DNA of 11,065 bases from Fonticula alba ATCC 38817 (taxonomy: Eukaryota; Protista; Nucleariida): assembly GCA_000388065.2 (NCBI GenBank), contig KB932201.1; one strand, written 5' to 3'. Every line of letters begins with the position of its first letter. The first letter of the stretch is position 1. A program made the position numbers and the translations under genes. Positions 7,569 through 11,065 of this stretch are shown one piece after another. The notes beneath the pieces are model-generated. The model had not been told where the DNA came from. It ran no database searches and worked only from the letters and a program-made list of their open reading frames with translations.

Positions 7569-9671
7569 CTCACCCTGTATGTGATCAGTTTCTTCGCCAG
7601 GACACCTCCACAATGGCTCTGGCGGTGTGCCGTCTTTCTACCTCTCTGAGGGAGGACGCCCGCCATGGCCAGGGAGGATAGGAGAGGCAAGGCAGGGCAG
7701 CAGGGTGGCGCGGAGTCCCTGGGGTTTTGAAGGTGCGCGCGGCACCGTCAATGTGTCGGTGCGTCTCCTGGCCAGCAGGAGCAGATGGCAGGGCTAGGCT
7801 TCGTCTTCCTTCCCACGCAGACACCCCGCACATGCCGCGAGCTGCGGCCCCGGGAGCCTGGATGAGAATCGTCCGGCGGCCGTGCCCCCGACCGAGGGCC
7901 AACGTCTTTCGAGCGACCGTGTCTGCCTGGCCGTGTTTGCCCACATGTGGCGTACATCCCCGGGCACGGAATTTCCGGCACTCGTCTTCGCCGGCTTCCC
8001 ACATACCGCCGGGTCTTATGTGCGGCATTGTTTCTTCCCCATTCCAGGCCTTGTACCATCTGGGGGGAGGCATTTTCTCCCGCGCGGGTGTCCTCCTGTC
8101 GGGCATCTTGAAAAAGGGCACTCGGGCATTGGGCGAATGCACATGCGGGGGAGGCCATCCCAAAGAGGGCACCCGGGCCACGGTCTTCGCGTGCCCCCCC
8201 CCCCCCCCCCCCCCCNNNNNNNNNNCCCCCCCCCCCCGCGGGCCTTCGGAGGCGCCCAGCCGCCATTGGGGCGTGGTTCGGCCACGGGCCGACCAGCCCA
8301 GTCACACTGGTCAGCCCAGCTATCTAGGGTCCGCTTGCGCCCGGGGTCGGGCGAGCAGCCCTCCCCCCCCTCCTCCTGGGCCCCCCGATCAGAGCAGCCC
8401 CGACGGCGTGTGCCTGCCCCTTTTCCCGTGCCATCCCCGGCGGTTTGCCTGCTCCGTCCCCGGCCCCCTCCCCCTCCTGCCCGCAGGAACCGAGCATGCG
8501 GCTGTCGGGTGCCATACCCATTCCAGAGAGTGCGGCATTCGCCGCCGGTGGGGAACCTTTCGGAGGGGCGATCAGCCTGCATGACAGCCCTTCGGCACCT
8601 TTTGGTGTTAGGGCCTCATCTGGCCCGTCTCCCGTCGTCACTCGTCCGGTCCCCTGGAAGAGACAACCTGCCCTCGGGAGTGCGTCCACGCAATCTACGC
8701 CCCACACTTGTCAAGCCTACCAGGGTGGCCTGGCCTCCGGTCTTTTTATTCGCTCCCAGCACTTGGCGATGCATTTATTTTGCCCCTTTTGCCCGTACTT
8801 TGCTCCCCAGGGTGTTCTTGCCAAGCAAGCCGGGTGAGGTCCCGTCCCTGGATGCCTGAATGCCTGAAGCCAGGAGGCCCACCCCCCTCTGCCCCTGTTG
8901 CGACGACTCGAGCATAGGTCCCAAGTGGGCACGCGCGCCCTCACCCCCGATGGCCCCCTGTGTGTTTGGCCAGCCCGGGTGGCCGAGGGCATGTGTATCG
9001 GCGAGCGCGCGAGCGACCGTGCATGCCCTTCCGCAGCCCGCACACCCGCCGTCGACAGTGGGGGGAAAAAGGGTTTCAACAGACAGGGGGCCAGACCTTC
9101 CTTGCTTGCCGAACCGCTCCAGCCCTTGTGCTCCGGCGGGCGGCCCCCTTGACAGACGCCGTGGTCGGCCCCCCCCCCCCCGCCGCCGCCGCCGCGCTAC
9201 ATTGCCCGACCGCGTCGCATCCGGGCCTGCTCCGGTCTGCTGCACTCTCGTGAAGCCCTTTGTCTCGGCTACTTGCGATAGCCGCCGGGCTCGAACTCCC
9301 GCGAGGTGGCCCCGCTTCAGACGCCGCGCGCTGGTCGGCCGTGATGCCTGCACGGGCCGGATGCAACTTTCTTCGAGGGCAGCGCAGACACACATCCCTC
9401 GCACGCGTCCCCCGCCCCCTGCTGACCCCCCTTTGCAGCATCACCGCGACCAGCCTCGGCGCATGTCTACGGTTGTGGAGAGAGCCACCGAGTATGGGGC
9501 GCGGCGGGGGGGGGGGGGGGGGGGGGGGGGGCGAGGGAGGAGGGGGGGAAAAGGGAGGAGGCCCCACGAGGAGGGGAAGGGGGGGGGGTTGGGTCCACAA
9601 ACCAACAAAAGGAGACCCCCCTCTCTTTTTCATCCGCACCACCACTCACCCCACCTCCCCCCCCCCCCCCC

Positions 9672-9983
9672 CCCCCCCCCCCTTCCCCCCCTCCTCCCCT
9701 TTCCCTTCCAGCTTTTTCTTCGCATTTCTCTCCTTTTCATATTCTCCCTCTCCTGGCGTGCCTCTTTTCTTTTCGTCTCCATCCACTGACCTCGAATGAT
9801 GGTATACATTCCATGCTCTCCTCTCTGGGGCTTCCTCCCCTCTCCCCCCCCTCTCTCTCTCCGCTTCCAAAAGTCGCCTATCTCAGATATGACTGCTGCA
9901 TCCAGGGTCAAGGTGGGACCCCGAAAGGGGCTTGGTATGTGTCCATGGATATCAGGAGGAGAGGCAAACGGCGGGGCTCGGGT
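9672..9983 (+). repeat. Exact 312-nt direct copy of 5531-5842 (most of intron 4, exon 5, start of intron 5)
   Basis: Base-by-base identity at offset 4141. Starts inside a poly-C run and ends at the N gap. Confidence 0.95.
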
Positions 9984-10263
9984 NNNNNNNNNNNNNNNNN
10001 NNNNNNNNNNNNNNNNNNNNNNNNNNNNNNNNNNNNNNNNNNNNNNNNNNNNNNNNNNNNNNNNNNNNNNNNNNNNNNNNNNNNNNNNNNNNNNNNNNNN
10101 NNNNNNNNNNNNNNNNNNNNNNNNNNNNNNNNNNNNNNNNNNNNNNNNNNNNNNNNNNNNNNNNNNNNNNNNNNNNNNNNNNNNNNNNNNNNNNNNNNNN
10201 NNNNNNNNNNNNNNNNNNNNNNNNNNNNNNNNNNNNNNNNNNNNNNNNNNNNNNNNNNNNNNN
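9984..10263. other. Assembly gap (280 N); further 10-N placeholders at 1880-1889, 2504-2513, 5083-5092, 8216-8225
   Basis: N runs in the sequence. The short ones sit in or next to C runs or CT satellite, so ORFs that cross them are unreliable. Confidence 0.98.
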
Positions 10264-11065
10264 GGAGGACACCAGAATGCAGCGAAGGAAGGGACCAGAG
10301 CGAAGGGCCTACGAGCAGGGTGAACGAGCGGGTCTGGATGTCCAAACCGATCACAGGAGACTCCCCTATCCTTTGCATATGCACGCACAATTCACCCCCC
10401 CCCCCCCCTCTCCCCCGCAAGGCCGGGAGCTTTGGGGCGGTCAAACGCCACGGCGTGCACCCCCCCACCCCCGGCCCCGCCCCCACAAGCCCCGCGAGTG
10501 CGCAGATTCTGCGAGTAACCTCCTCCCAGGCCCCACGCGCGAATTGGCTGTCCATCCCACAGTCCTACCAGCGGCGCCATTGGGACCCTTCCATCCGAGT
10601 GAACACATCAGCCCATGCCACGCAGCTTTCGTGTGCTGAAGGCCACGCTAATGCCTGAAACCGTGGGCTCCGCTGTGATCGAAGCAAGATCGGCCCAGCC
10701 CCGAGCGTCCCAGGCCGAATGAGACAGCCCTAAAGCGGCCGGGTCCCCCCGGCCGCGGAGAGGCTCGAGCCAACAGAGCGAAGGAGAAAGCAAGGGGGCC
10801 CCGGGCGCTAACGCCGGCGCAAGATCGCCCCGTTGGAGGTGGGGCGTTGTCATCTAAACTGAGACAAAAACTAAGGGCTTCGGTTAACCGCGTATAATCC
10901 GACTCGCTTGGTATGCGTGTGCCATAGTTAATATTCGCTATTTAGGTTGGGTTCCCCCTGTGCCGTGGCTATGTGTAGCAGGGTTCTCACGGATCCAGTC
11001 TTACGTCAAAGGAGTGAAGCTTTGACGGAAGCTATACCGGAAATCTTACTACTGGTTAGGGACCG

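Noticed and set aside
9506-9698. Apparent pseudoknot (G26/C26 plus GGGAGGAGGGGGGGAA/TTCCCCCCCTCCTCCC)
   Set aside because: Low-complexity pairing across a probable assembly junction.
7585-9799. ORFs 7727..8584, 7882..8859, 8860..9789 and overlapping ones
   Set aside because: Several overlapping frames are open on both strands, as expected for GC-rich DNA; they run through homopolymers and none looks protein-like.
11022-11031. TTGACGGAAG, which matches a conserved 18S rRNA word
   Set aside because: Only 10 nt, and the flanks do not continue the 18S sequence.

Overview
GC-rich eukaryotic genomic DNA with spliceosomal GT-AG introns, CTGAC/CTAAC branch points, many microsatellites and C homopolymers; the organism cannot be identified from the sequence. 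The window holds one reconstructable gene on the + strand: a 7-exon, ~795-aa transcription factor (3043-6767). It has S/A-rich low-complexity regions, a long polyQ region, a basic NLS-like motif and two C-terminal C2H2 zinc fingers. The recognition helices (RLEHLRR, RADNLRQ) carry the same base-contacting residues as fungal Msn2/Msn4 and Usv1/Rgm1/NsdC, which predicts binding to STRE-like (A)AGGGG. Other notable points: a possible spliced 21-codon uORF; an exact 49-nt duplication of a splice donor just before the zinc-finger exon, giving two in-frame routes into the fingers; and an exact 312-nt copy of part of the gene at 9672-9983 next to an N gap. Both duplications may be assembly artefacts. 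The flanks (1-2600, 6768-9670) contain no ORF I can support, and most ORFs in the track are GC/repeat artefacts. I found no tRNA, rRNA, CRISPR array or recognisable transposon, and no clearly new biological system.
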